DNA of 64,000 bases, taken from a virus (Duplodnaviria; Caudoviricetes). The stretch lies in IMG/VR virus record IMGVR_UViG_3300031993_000007, one strand, 5' to 3'. The translations under genes and the position numbers were made by a program. Shown here piece after piece: positions 29,425 through 39,817 of the stretch. The notes beneath the pieces are model-generated. The model did not search any database. It was not told where the DNA came from and saw nothing but the letters and a program-made list of their open reading frames with translations. Each line of letters starts with the position of its first letter. Position 1 is the stretch's first letter.

Positions 29425-32400
29425 ATGCGCAAGAGTTATCTTAAAAACGTTATACGCAGCTTTAAGCAAGCTGTACCGGATGCTATTGGCGATGAAATGC
29501 CCGGATTGAAGAACATTGCTTCATTCGTAAAAGATCCGTCTGGTGGCGAAGATACTGGAATTCGTGATATCATAGCTGGTTATAAAAAGGATTTCAATGA
29601 CATTAAGGGCATATTTAGTAACCTTAAGAAATCTTTGAAGACTGGTAAGCTGTATGACAGAGATGCCGAAGAAAAGGCTATGATGGCTTCTATGGGCATC
29701 GATACCTCTGAATTTGATTTCAACGATGAAGATCTATTTGGAGATATGGAGGACAAAAAGACTTCCGACTTCAGTGTAGAGGATGAGTCTAAGCCTGTTA
29801 AGGGTATTACCAATGTAAACATTTTCAAAGATGACAATGGCTCTGATGCTGGAAGTCAGTTTGTAGCTGGAGCAGCTATGGCCGGAGCTGCCAAGACTTC
29901 TGCGGCTATTGAGCGAGGCACTGCTGTTAGCTATGCCTTTGGAAAGGAAATTGATGAAAGATTAGCTAGGATCGAAGAAGCTAATAACCGTTACTATGCC
30001 ACTAGCCTTGAGCTGCTTGGTAGCATTAAGGCTAACACTGAAAATCTTGCTAAGGGTATTGCTGCTAAGGATACCTCGTTAAGTCCCAGCCAGATCGAAA
30101 AGCTCTTTGGTGATGGCGACGGTGAGTTTAATCTCAGGTTGTACATTAAGGGTCTTCATGAGAAATTTGAAGATACTTTCAACCTTGAGATGATGCGCAT
30201 GGCCAAGGGAATGCTAACTCCTGGTGGTATGCTTAAGATGGGCTTAGGAGCAGCGATGATGAAGCTCCCGATTATGAGCACCATCAAGAAGCTTACCGAC
30301 ATGACTACAGGTATCGGCCAGATCCTTCTTAATCAGATGGCCAATGTTCGTGGTAATGGCCCGATCGCAAAGCTTTTCAGATTCTTTGGCGTAAGAACTA
30401 CAGCTAACCTTAATCCCGGTGCTAACAAGTACGAGAAAGGCCCAGTGCCGTTTGACGGAATTACTCGTAGATCTATCGTTAGCGTGATTCCTGAATTACT
30501 CAGCGATATTAGGTCTATCCTTGCTAAGCAAGGAGGGTTTGATGAGAAATCTCTGAAAGCTCTTTCTAAGAGTAATAAGACTTACGACTGGGAAACCAGT
30601 AGGTGGACTACCGTAGGCAAGCTTCAGAACAAAAACCTTCAGACCATTGCCGATATGCCGATGGCAATGCAGTTCGCTGAGACAGTGGTAAATGCTTCCG
30701 GAAGGCGTTTTAAGAGTGAAGAAGAAAGAAACTCCTTCAAGTTAAAGATTGCTGCGGAGCTCATTAATTCTACCAATGGAAAGGGTCTTAACGACGTTCT
30801 TGCCAGTAAGAATGGCAACTGGATAATCCGTGAAATCAAGAAGGCTCTTGATCAGCTTCCTCCGGAAGAGCGGGATATCTATAAGGCTGCATACGACCGT
30901 GAAAACATGCAGCATATCAATATGCTTCGTGCCAGAGAAAGGACTGCTGGAACTAGCGATATGGATTTCTATGGAATTGGAGCTGAAGATTCTGTTGAAG
31001 CTCTCGATGTCAGAGATACTGTAAAGCTTGAAGTAGCACGAAATTGGATTAAGAAGCACGAAAGAGATCTTAAAGCTAGCGGAATTAGCCCTGCTGAGCT
31101 TATGTCTAAGCTGAGCAAGTTCAATAATGAAAAGAAGAGGGAGCGTTCCGGCTTCGGAACATTTACTCATTTCAGCCAGATAGACTACTTCCGTGATTTT
31201 ATTTCTATCGAAGTCCAAGGAACTATTGCTGGGGATAAGCTAGCCACAGAATTGAATGGTGGTCAGTTGTTCTCTGGAACGGAAGCCATTGGTGCTGATC
31301 TTTCTCGTCGAAGAACGAGGTCAGCTGCTGCTAAATCTGCTCTTTCAAATCTTAAGGATGATTACAACCTTAGCATTAACGAGAGAAAGAAGATCTGGCG
31401 CAGAAAGAAAAGATACAAGATGCTCGCTGGAAGCGAAACTGATGCGCAGATCATTGCAGCATTTAACAGTGCGCTTCAGATGAACAGCGATCTTACGTCC
31501 GAAGATCTTAATATTCCGGGTGTCAAGAATATTCTTGGATTACTGAACCACGGTGTTCAAGACGTTGCAGACCGTAGTGAAACGGCTTATCGTGTATCTA
31601 AGGAATTTATCTCCTCGGTTCCGATTAGAGTCAAGTCTAAGATGCTTCCTACGCTTTTGAAGTTTTTCGATGGCGATCCGGAAACACAGAATGCTTTGAT
31701 CCGCGCCGCTGGAAAGGAAGTCAGAAAGCAGAGCGACAATCTTGATAGAGAAATTGCTAAGAACAAATTTCTCCAAGCTGAAGATGAATCTGGTAGCATT
31801 GTTGGCGGCTTCAAATCTCTTTTCAAAGATAACGAAGTTAGAAATGGAGAACTAGTATCTAAAGCTGTTGGTGGCTTTACAGGTCCCGGCGGAAAGTATG
31901 AAGTTGCTGGTCTTGTCCATAGAGGCGAATACGTCGTTCCTCAAGAAGTGATGGGAACCGTCCGTGGTCGTAGCTTGGTGAACAAGCTTGAAGCTATGCG
32001 TCTTGGTTATGCCGAAGGTGGTTTAGCTTCTCTGAAGAATCTCTCGGATGAACAGCTGGGTGCTCTCGTTGAATTGGCTTCTATGACCGACAAGTACGGA
32101 GCCAAGAAGTACACCTTTGGAGCTAGCCTCAGGAAGGCTAGAGCCAAAGAGTACATATCTAATATGGACACAGCTGCCAAGGGTCGGGCTCTCCGTTCTA
32201 GAATCACTGCTGAAGGCTTTAAGGCCAGAGATCTTGGTGGGGCTATTTCCGAATCTTCCGGAATGAGCTTTAAAGATGAGCTCCTTGCTCAAGCCAATGA
32301 AAGTATCTGGAAGCCGATGCAAAAGCTTATGCTCGGTGAGACCGTTGATGTCAAAGGTCATGAAATTAATCTCAATGAGATTAAGAGAGGTCTTCGCAAG

Positions 32401-35400
32401 GATCTTCCTGGGATTACCACTGGGGCTGGTGTCGGTTTGGCAGCTAGCTTCTTCCTGCCCGGTGGCCCGTTACTCGGTGCCTTTGCTGGTGGCGTTCTTG
32501 GTGAAGCTAAGCAAAACGAGAAATTCCGTCAGTTCCTCTTTGGAAAGAAAGATAAAGACGGAAACATGGAGAAGGAAGGTGTCCTTAGCCGTGTAGCTGA
32601 CTCGGCTGTATCGATGCTTGCTGGCCCTGAAGCCGGAAAGAAATTTAAGACCAATCGTTTGGCATTTATGAAGGATCCTCTGTCCTTCATGAAGAGTGTG
32701 TATAACCACAATAAGGGTACTGTCATTGGGGCAGGAGCCGGTGGTTTGCTTGGTGCAACCTTCGGCCCAACTGGAGCTATTGCAGGTGCCTTGATTGGCG
32801 GCGTTGGTGGAAGAAGCTTCTCTAATAATGGTATCATTGGTCGTGTGCTTCTTGGTAAGAAGTATACTAATCCTGATGGAACTCTGAAGGGCTACTCAGG
32901 CGGTATGCTTCAGGCTCTTGGTGGAGCCTTTAACTTTGCTGTAGCTGGCCCGATGAATACCTTGTTCTTCGGTACTCCGCTGTCGGATCAGGTTGATCTT
33001 ATTACTGGAAATCGTGATCCTAAGAAGGTCTGGGCCGCTTTCAAGAAGAATGCTGTCAGAGTTGGTAAGTATGCTGGCGCTGGTGGTATCATTGGCGGTT
33101 TAGTGTCTGGCGGAAACCCGATTGGCGTTCTTGTCGGTAGTACTCTTGGTTTGGCCTTGGGTGCTGGAAAGAACTCTACTCCGGTTAAAGCTGCACGCTG
33201 GTTCTTCTTTGGAAGTAAGAAGCCTGATGGAAAGTGGCAAGGTCTTACTCATTACATCAAGAATTTCTTGGATATTCGTCGTTCTCCGATCCTGAAGTGG
33301 TTCGGCGGAAAGATGAAGAAGTTCGGAGGATGGATCAGCAAGATCTGGGGAAGGTTTACTCAAACCAGATTTGGCAAGTGGATCTCTGGAGTTGGAACCA
33401 AAGTCGGTACAGCTGCTAAAAAAGCTGGCGGAAAGATTTGGGACTTTGCTAAAGGCGTCGCTGGTGTTGGAAAGGCTGCTCTCCTTGGTGGCCCAACCGC
33501 TATTAAGGGATTCTTCACGTCCTTCTACGGCGGCGAAATGGGTAAAGTCGTTCCTCCGGCTATGCTCTTTGATATGGTCAAGTCTGATCCCAAGCATACT
33601 ACTGGCGACTTGCTGCTGGCTGGTATCAACATGGGTGTGGGTAAGATCGCTCATTCTCTGTTCATGAAGAATAGAAATCCGAATGAAGGTCAGGCCGAAG
33701 GTCTTAGATCTGAAGAGTTCCAAGAAAAAACTAGTCATCTTCGTGCTAAGGAACAAGAACTTGCAGCAAGGGCTAGGGACTTTAAGGAGCTTTACAATAA
33801 GGAACAAGATCCTGAACAGAAGGCTATATACGCTAAAAAGTTAGCTGCTGTTAATAAGCAAAGACAAAGTCTTATTGGCTCTATTGGAGATTACAAGGCT
33901 CTCGATGTAATGAAGCATGAAAATGCTTTGACATACGAGGCTATGTTCTCCAATGAGAATATGGCTACAGTCCGTGATAGACTTGCAAAAGCTAGGGATG
34001 AAAATGGTAATCTTATTTATTACAATAAGAAAGGCAAGTTGAGATCCGGAAAGCTTGACAGAGCTGCAAGAAATGAAGTTTTTGGCACTTACCGGAAATA
34101 CCTTGATCGTAGAAATTACGAATTCAATAGCGCAAATCATTCTATCAATGCCGATGGATCTAAGAGAAACATTTGGGCAGGCGCTTCCATACAAACTCAG
34201 GAAAACGTAGCGGCTAATGGTCATGCTGCTGGAGGCTTAGTGACGGGCCTGAGCAAGGGCGGTCAAGCTCTCAAACAGTTTATGTCTCGTTTCCGTGGAT
34301 CAGCGTCTGCCCTTCTTCGTAAGAATAAGGCTGGATCCGCTCCGCTTCTGGCAAGCATTAATGGCGAACAGGCTCTTGACTCTGCTACTCAGGGTGCATT
34401 GTCTAGCACTCGGGCTCAAATGGTTGCAGCCCAGATGAGCGAAGGCAATGGCGGTGTTCTTAAGGATATCTTGAGCGCCGGAACGGGCATCTTGTCCATT
34501 CTTCCTGGTGGAAGTGCCATCTTGGGTGGGCTTCCGTTCGTATCCTTGGCTGGAAAGGGCATCAAGTCTATAGCTAAGGTCGCCGGAAAGGCTGCTCTCA
34601 AAGGAGCTGACTTCTTGACTAAGGGTCTTGCTAGCGAGGGTCTGAATGCTGCTAAGTTTGCACTTCAGTATAAAGTCGAACAAGGTAAGGAACTCTTCAA
34701 GAAGGGTGCCGGATGGGCAAGCGGCAAGCTCGCTCAGGGCCGTGATGCCTTGTATGAAGGCATTGGAAAGGTTGGAAACAGGGTTGGCGGATTCTTTAAG
34801 AGCGCCTTTGGAAAGGTTAAGAATGTTACGAACGGCCTTAAGGCTGCTTTGAGCAAACTGAAACCAATCCAGCTTGTAAAGAAATTTGCCGAATATCTTG
34901 GAAAATTCTTGAAGACTGCCGGGAAGAAGTTCATTGAATACGGCAAGCGTATTCCTAAGGCTGGCGCTCTGTTCGCTGCTATCGATGGTATCATTCGTTA
35001 CAATTCTAATACCGAAGATGGTCAGTCCAAACGTCAGAAAATCCGTATGCTCGTGATTACTAGCTTTGAAGTCCTCGTTGACTGTATCATCATGTTTGTC
35101 ATGAGCACTGTGTCTATTCTCTCTGGTGGTGCTGCCGCAGGTATCTATATCTGTATCGAACTTCTAGCTAAGGCTCTTACTGGAAAGGATATCGCTGAAT
35201 GGATCGTAACTCCGCTTAGGTCTCTAGGTGTGACCGACTGGATTGGCGACTTGATCGCTGACATGGTTGGATGCCCGAAGGATTCTCAGGTTAAGGAACC
35301 TCCTGATCCTGATAAGATAGGCCAAGACCTTAGCAGCGGAACTGTCGAAAAGCCTACTGGCGATACAGAAGGACTTTCGATCGGATCTGGAAGCACCGAC

Positions 35401-36282
35401 GTTAGCTCTAAGGCTGGAATCTTCCGTAGGATCGGTAACGCCTTTGGTATTGGCGAAGTCAACCTTAAGGATTATGTCAATCTCAGAGGTTCTAACGTAA
35501 AGCTTGATGGCCTAAAGCCTGAGTTTAAGCGTAACTTCGCTCTGGCCGCTAAGGAATACTACGAGACCTTTGGCGAGAAGCTTAATATCAATTCGGCCTT
35601 CCGTGATGTAGCTACGCAGCAACGTCTCTTCACGAACTACCTTGTTGACAAGGGTAAAGGCAGGAGCTCTACTGGGGCAGCAGCTCCGGGAAGATCTAAC
35701 CACCAGACCGGATTGGCTATCGATATTGACTCCTCGCAAGCTAACAGGCTGTTTGGTGTGCCGGATGAGCTCGGCTACCAGAAACATCCAGCTCCTGGCT
35801 CTATCGCAGCAAAGTATGGCCTTGCTCGTCTTGATGCCTATCAACAAAAGAATTCTGATGGCAAATGGATGGAAGGCTGGCATATTACTCCGGGTGACCA
35901 GAATATCTATGCCGCTGCTACTAAGGAGATTCGTAATCTTCCTGAAAACGTAGAAGCCACTAAGAAGGCCTTTGAAGAAGCTAACAGAAAAATTGGCGGC
36001 GGAAAGGGTTATGATTATGCCGACTACGAGAGAAGCGGAAAGAAAGCCTTGGCTCTCAAGAATCTGCCTAGCTCTAGTGGAACCGATATTGGTGATGGCG
36101 GTGATCATTCTGCTGACATGCTTCCGGCTGTCAATAAGATGATCGACCTGCTTACACAAGCAGTCTCCATGTTCACCGTTATGAACCAGTCTATGAGTGC
36201 AGTGGCTCAGGCTACTCAAGCTACAGCTGCCAACACTGAAAAGTCTGATGTTGGTGTGCTGGCCGCTATCGGAGCGATATAA
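29425..36282 (+). CDS. tape-measure-like tail protein with C-terminal M15 (D-Ala-D-Ala peptidase-type) peptidoglycan hydrolase
   Basis: GGFTGPGGKYEVAGLVHRGEYVVP tape-measure motif, Gly-zipper repeats, and INSAFR...SNHQTGLAIDI...EGWH M15 zinc motif. Confidence 0.8.
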   Translation: MRKSYLKNVIRSFKQAVPDAIGDEMPGLKNIASFVKDPSGGEDTGIRDIIAGYKKDFNDIKGIFSNLKKSLKTGKLYDRDAEEKAMMASMGIDTSEFDFNDEDLFGDMEDKKTSDFSVEDESKPVKGITNVNIFKDDNGSDAGSQFVAGAAMAGAAKTSAAIERGTAVSYAFGKEIDERLARIEEANNRYYATSLELLGSIKANTENLAKGIAAKDTSLSPSQIEKLFGDGDGEFNLRLYIKGLHEKFEDTFNLEMMRMAKGMLTPGGMLKMGLGAAMMKLPIMSTIKKLTDMTTGIGQILLNQMANVRGNGPIAKLFRFFGVRTTANLNPGANKYEKGPVPFDGITRRSIVSVIPELLSDIRSILAKQGGFDEKSLKALSKSNKTYDWETSRWTTVGKLQNKNLQTIADMPMAMQFAETVVNASGRRFKSEEERNSFKLKIAAELINSTNGKGLNDVLASKNGNWIIREIKKALDQLPPEERDIYKAAYDRENMQHINMLRARERTAGTSDMDFYGIGAEDSVEALDVRDTVKLEVARNWIKKHERDLKASGISPAELMSKLSKFNNEKKRERSGFGTFTHFSQIDYFRDFISIEVQGTIAGDKLATELNGGQLFSGTEAIGADLSRRRTRSAAAKSALSNLKDDYNLSINERKKIWRRKKRYKMLAGSETDAQIIAAFNSALQMNSDLTSEDLNIPGVKNILGLLNHGVQDVADRSETAYRVSKEFISSVPIRVKSKMLPTLLKFFDGDPETQNALIRAAGKEVRKQSDNLDREIAKNKFLQAEDESGSIVGGFKSLFKDNEVRNGELVSKAVGGFTGPGGKYEVAGLVHRGEYVVPQEVMGTVRGRSLVNKLEAMRLGYAEGGLASLKNLSDEQLGALVELASMTDKYGAKKYTFGASLRKARAKEYISNMDTAAKGRALRSRITAEGFKARDLGGAISESSGMSFKDELLAQANESIWKPMQKLMLGETVDVKGHEINLNEIKRGLRKDLPGITTGAGVGLAASFFLPGGPLLGAFAGGVLGEAKQNEKFRQFLFGKKDKDGNMEKEGVLSRVADSAVSMLAGPEAGKKFKTNRLAFMKDPLSFMKSVYNHNKGTVIGAGAGGLLGATFGPTGAIAGALIGGVGGRSFSNNGIIGRVLLGKKYTNPDGTLKGYSGGMLQALGGAFNFAVAGPMNTLFFGTPLSDQVDLITGNRDPKKVWAAFKKNAVRVGKYAGAGGIIGGLVSGGNPIGVLVGSTLGLALGAGKNSTPVKAARWFFFGSKKPDGKWQGLTHYIKNFLDIRRSPILKWFGGKMKKFGGWISKIWGRFTQTRFGKWISGVGTKVGTAAKKAGGKIWDFAKGVAGVGKAALLGGPTAIKGFFTSFYGGEMGKVVPPAMLFDMVKSDPKHTTGDLLLAGINMGVGKIAHSLFMKNRNPNEGQAEGLRSEEFQEKTSHLRAKEQELAARARDFKELYNKEQDPEQKAIYAKKLAAVNKQRQSLIGSIGDYKALDVMKHENALTYEAMFSNENMATVRDRLAKARDENGNLIYYNKKGKLRSGKLDRAARNEVFGTYRKYLDRRNYEFNSANHSINADGSKRNIWAGASIQTQENVAANGHAAGGLVTGLSKGGQALKQFMSRFRGSASALLRKNKAGSAPLLASINGEQALDSATQGALSSTRAQMVAAQMSEGNGGVLKDILSAGTGILSILPGGSAILGGLPFVSLAGKGIKSIAKVAGKAALKGADFLTKGLASEGLNAAKFALQYKVEQGKELFKKGAGWASGKLAQGRDALYEGIGKVGNRVGGFFKSAFGKVKNVTNGLKAALSKLKPIQLVKKFAEYLGKFLKTAGKKFIEYGKRIPKAGALFAAIDGIIRYNSNTEDGQSKRQKIRMLVITSFEVLVDCIIMFVMSTVSILSGGAAAGIYICIELLAKALTGKDIAEWIVTPLRSLGVTDWIGDLIADMVGCPKDSQVKEPPDPDKIGQDLSSGTVEKPTGDTEGLSIGSGSTDVSSKAGIFRRIGNAFGIGEVNLKDYVNLRGSNVKLDGLKPEFKRNFALAAKEYYETFGEKLNINSAFRDVATQQRLFTNYLVDKGKGRSSTGAAAPGRSNHQTGLAIDIDSSQANRLFGVPDELGYQKHPAPGSIAAKYGLARLDAYQQKNSDGKWMEGWHITPGDQNIYAAATKEIRNLPENVEATKKAFEEANRKIGGGKGYDYADYERSGKKALALKNLPSSSGTDIGDGGDHSADMLPAVNKMIDLLTQAVSMFTVMNQSMSAVAQATQATAANTEKSDVGVLAAIGAI

Positions 36283-36285
36283 TTT

Positions 36286-36318
36286 AATTTGGTATCCTAC
36301 ACGGGATACCAAATTTTT
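36286..36318 (+). terminator. intrinsic terminator (near-identical stem again at 38434-38463)
   Basis: aatttggtatcc...ggataccaaatt followed by a T tract. Confidence 0.8.
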
Positions 36319-36334
36319 ATACTGCAACTCCTAA

Positions 36335-38431
36335 ATGAACGAGGATATTATGTCTATTTCTGGTAACAAATCAACTCCTTGGTATAATACTGTATTCGGA
36401 GATTCTAAGCCGCTCAAGTCGTCTATGTTTAAGAACATTAACGACGGTATGGTAGATGGTGTTCCGGTTGAAAAGAAAACTGGAAATAATGTTGGCGCAT
36501 TTAGATCGTCTCTGCAATGGAGAAAGGATACCGCTGGTGGTATTGGTACTTTGGTCGGAAATGCTGCTACCCTTAAGGGTGAACTTATCTTGAATGCTCA
36601 ACGATTGAAGTATGGTAATCTGCGCTGGGATTCTCCAGAAGCCCAAGCTATCCTTCAAAAGACTGGTGGCACCCTGACTAACTTGGAATCTGCTCCTAAG
36701 ACTCTAACCGGAGTTCTTGGAGATCTTACAGACGGAAATATCAATCAAGTCCTCGGAGCCTTACTCGGTGGAGCTGGTGCTGCTGGCAACACTACCGCTA
36801 CCGAATTCGCTGCTATCAAGAATCTGTTATTCGGCAAATTGAACTTCAGTAATACTGCTGAAGACAATGAAAAGATTGAGGGAGATGTTGATAGTGTCAC
36901 CGAAAATAATGTGATTGCCGGACGAGCTAAAACACCGTTTGCCCTATTCGACTCTGAAACTTTGTCTAAGATTAAAGACGGTGTTACTGGCGAAGGCTTT
37001 AAAGTCATAGGTGATCTATTCAAAGAAGGTGGCGAATACCTCAAAAATAAATTCGGAACTGTTACCGAATGGATTAAGGATAGCTTGGCTTATGGCTTTT
37101 CTCTTGGCGTAGTCATCAAAGGTGCTAACCGTCTTGGCGGAAAGATCCTTGGCTACTGCCTACGAATGACTGATGTCTATAACATGGGTAACGGTGGTGC
37201 TAAGGATGCCTCGCTGTTTAGATCCAGAGTGATGAATCTTCCGCCAGCTATGACTGACGTGATCGATCCCAATGGGCGTGTTTACAACAATAATGTGGTA
37301 GCATGCCAGCATATTCTTAGCATTATTCCAGGCACTCTTGATTATGATGGCTTTTCATGGATATCAGATTCTGGTATCACCAATGCTGCTATTGCTTCTG
37401 AACTAAGCGCATTTGAAAGTGATAGCCAAGGATCCATCGTATTTGATGCCACTTCTGCACTAGCTTCTATCCTTGATATCTCTGACAAAACCGGAAAGAG
37501 ACTTGGAATCTTCAAGCCTGAAGTGATGAAATTCTCTCGTGTGTATATGACTGCGATGGGAAGAATCCTGTCCCGTCTATCTCCGTCTCCGGCTGTTACG
37601 ATGACCCTTGATGACAAGACTATTCAGACTTCTGGTTGGGGTGCATTTGAGATCGGGATTGGAACTAATACCACCTTGACTGAGAGCGGCAGTAACAGCT
37701 TTGCTAACTCGCTGTTTGACGAAATAATGGCAGGAACCAGTTCCAAGGTCAATGAGATTACAAAAAATATTAGGGCCTTGACTGGAATGAACTTTAGTCA
37801 ATACTCTTCTAATGCTAACAGCCAGATTGACGCAGTGATGCACGGTAATAAGCTAAACACTCCTAAATTCTGGGAAAGCTCTGACTTCAGCCGTAGCTAT
37901 ACTTTCAACTTCCGTCTGGAAAGTCCATATGGAGACACTGAAAGTGTGATCAACTATGTTTACAAGCCGTTTATCGCTCTGTTGTGCTGTTCTCTGCCGA
38001 TCTCTGTCTCCACCTACGGATACACAACTCCGTTTGTAATCCGTGCAGACTGTCCGGGTTGGTTCTCTATTGACTGTGGCTATGTAAGCTCGATTGACTT
38101 CCGTCGTGCACCAGATGAAGGATCGTTCAATGCTTCTGGTTTAGCTACTGCCATTGAAATAACGATGTCCATCACAGATATCTATCCGGCCTTGGCGCTC
38201 TCTGTAGGCGTAGCTGGATTGTCTAAGAACTTCCCTGAAGTAACCTTCTTGGATTCTCTGTCTGGAATGGATTACAAGGAAATCTATTCAGGTGGATCTG
38301 CGGCTGCTAACATTCGATCCAGAATCATAGCCTTGAGAACATTGCCTGGTATCATTGGAAATACCGCTATGGCTAAGAGCTCTAGATTCGCTTGGAGCGC
38401 TGCTTCCATTCTCGGAACTGGAGTTAGATAA
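36335..38431 (+). CDS. putative baseplate/tail structural protein
   Basis: Follows the tape-measure gene; C-terminal PKFWESSDFSRSYTFNFRLESPYGD...PFVIR...G.F beta-rich domain. Confidence 0.55.
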   Translation: MNEDIMSISGNKSTPWYNTVFGDSKPLKSSMFKNINDGMVDGVPVEKKTGNNVGAFRSSLQWRKDTAGGIGTLVGNAATLKGELILNAQRLKYGNLRWDSPEAQAILQKTGGTLTNLESAPKTLTGVLGDLTDGNINQVLGALLGGAGAAGNTTATEFAAIKNLLFGKLNFSNTAEDNEKIEGDVDSVTENNVIAGRAKTPFALFDSETLSKIKDGVTGEGFKVIGDLFKEGGEYLKNKFGTVTEWIKDSLAYGFSLGVVIKGANRLGGKILGYCLRMTDVYNMGNGGAKDASLFRSRVMNLPPAMTDVIDPNGRVYNNNVVACQHILSIIPGTLDYDGFSWISDSGITNAAIASELSAFESDSQGSIVFDATSALASILDISDKTGKRLGIFKPEVMKFSRVYMTAMGRILSRLSPSPAVTMTLDDKTIQTSGWGAFEIGIGTNTTLTESGSNSFANSLFDEIMAGTSSKVNEITKNIRALTGMNFSQYSSNANSQIDAVMHGNKLNTPKFWESSDFSRSYTFNFRLESPYGDTESVINYVYKPFIALLCCSLPISVSTYGYTTPFVIRADCPGWFSIDCGYVSSIDFRRAPDEGSFNASGLATAIEITMSITDIYPALALSVGVAGLSKNFPEVTFLDSLSGMDYKEIYSGGSAAANIRSRIIALRTLPGIIGNTAMAKSSRFAWSAASILGTGVR

Positions 38432-38491
38432 TAAAATTTGGTATCCTCTAGGATACCAAATTTCTTTCCGTAAAATTTTCAATACCTTTTG

Positions 38492-38498
38492 TATATTA
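38492..38498 (+). promoter_or_regulatory. early-type phage promoter core TATATTA (representative copy)
   Basis: Recurs upstream of several non-structural genes; resembles phiKZ/AR9 early promoter cores. Confidence 0.55.
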
Positions 38499-38598
38499 AA
38501 ATCCGGAATTATGTGAGTAACCACTGGAGGATTCTCACCCCCAATCCCCCTTTTGCTCGGAGGTTCCGGGCATGTAAGCCAAAAAGGAGTACTACTTT

Positions 38599-39048
38599 AT
38601 GGCTAGTAAGAAGAAAGCAGAAAAGGTAGCGTCGTTTTCATTTAAGAAATTGGATGACAAGATTGACATCCAAGAAATTAACGAAATCCTCAGCAACTAC
38701 ATTGTGGCTAATGAAGCCCTGATGAGTAAGGTTGACGATATCGAAAGAAAACTGACGGAAGCCCTTAAGAGGGCTGATCAACTGGACAATGGCTTCAACT
38801 GTGAAGTGGAACTGAATCCGTTTGAAGTCGTCACCTTCATCGGTCTCAATGACCGAGGCGAGCTGGTGGTTACAAAATCGCCAACAAAGAAAGCCAAGAA
38901 GGAGACGAAGGATCGGATTATCCCGTTCTCTCGGTTGGAGACTGAAGAGATTGCCTACATCTTGGATAGGGCAGAAGTGCCGGATCCGTCGGGCAATACC
39001 GCTTCGATCATGGAATTGATTGAAGCGTGCCAGAATGCTGAAGACTAA
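38599..39048 (+). CDS. hypothetical protein
   Basis: AAGGAG SD; terminator at ~39061-39097. Confidence 0.65.
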   Translation: MASKKKAEKVASFSFKKLDDKIDIQEINEILSNYIVANEALMSKVDDIERKLTEALKRADQLDNGFNCEVELNPFEVVTFIGLNDRGELVVTKSPTKKAKKETKDRIIPFSRLETEEIAYILDRAEVPDPSGNTASIMELIEACQNAED

Positions 39049-39095
39049 CTTCTTAAAAAAGAGGCCAAGCGCACAACCACGCTTGGCTTCTTTTT

Positions 39096-39692
39096 TTATT
39101 TCCATATGTCGGATCTTAGAAAACTCATATGGATTTCCATTCTTGGAGTATAGCTCAACCACTTGTCACTACCTTCATCTACAATCTGAGCATCATCATC
39201 ATATGCAATCTTGTTAAGAGCATCCTGAACTTGCTTGATGTAGTTGTCTACGTCTGGCTTGCTGGTAGGCTGGATAAGCTTCAACTCGTATAGCAATCCT
39301 TTATACGGAGGAATAGACTTAGGCATCGGCTTGTAGAAATCCACTCTCAGATGAACTGGGCCGTGGATCATTCCGATCTTCTTTTCTTCCATAGCATCAC
39401 GAACATAGTCTGCGATGATCTTCTTGAAAGAATAGTTGGGATCATACATTCCGCAGAATTTGCGTCCGGCTCCTCCCGGCAAAGCCATTGTTCTAGCTCG
39501 TTCACGTTTCCAAGCCTTAGGTTCACCATAGATGGTGATATCTAATTCTTGCCATTCTGTAGCCTCAACTATAGACTTATACTTGTCCATAGCTTTCTTG
39601 ATGATCTTATCCGTAACTTCAAACGGAAATCTGTCTTTAGGAACTTTCTGGAGTTGCTGTTCAATAAAATTCGTAGGATTAGAATCTGACAT
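39096..39692 (-). CDS. rusA: RusA-family Holliday junction resolvase
   Basis: KPDVDNYIK.VQDALN.IAYDDDAQIVD. Confidence 0.9.
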   Translation of the reverse strand: MSDSNPTNFIEQQLQKVPKDRFPFEVTDKIIKKAMDKYKSIVEATEWQELDITIYGEPKAWKRERARTMALPGGAGRKFCGMYDPNYSFKKIIADYVRDAMEEKKIGMIHGPVHLRVDFYKPMPKSIPPYKGLLYELKLIQPTSKPDVDNYIKQVQDALNKIAYDDDAQIVDEGSDKWLSYTPRMEIHMSFLRSDIWK

Positions 39693-39817
39693 GGTGGGGT
39701 ACCTCTCTAATACCGAGTTTAGATAGGCTGATCTTCCAAAAAAGAACGGGTGCCTATGAGCACGACACCCGCCAGCCAACCTCGCCATAGGTCAGCTGTA
39801 TAGAGATCGCCCGATCT

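Noticed and set aside
33100-36327. Long minus-strand ORFs inside the tape-measure gene (and 56144-57202 inside a fibre gene)
   Set aside because: Antisense shadows of well-supported long genes.
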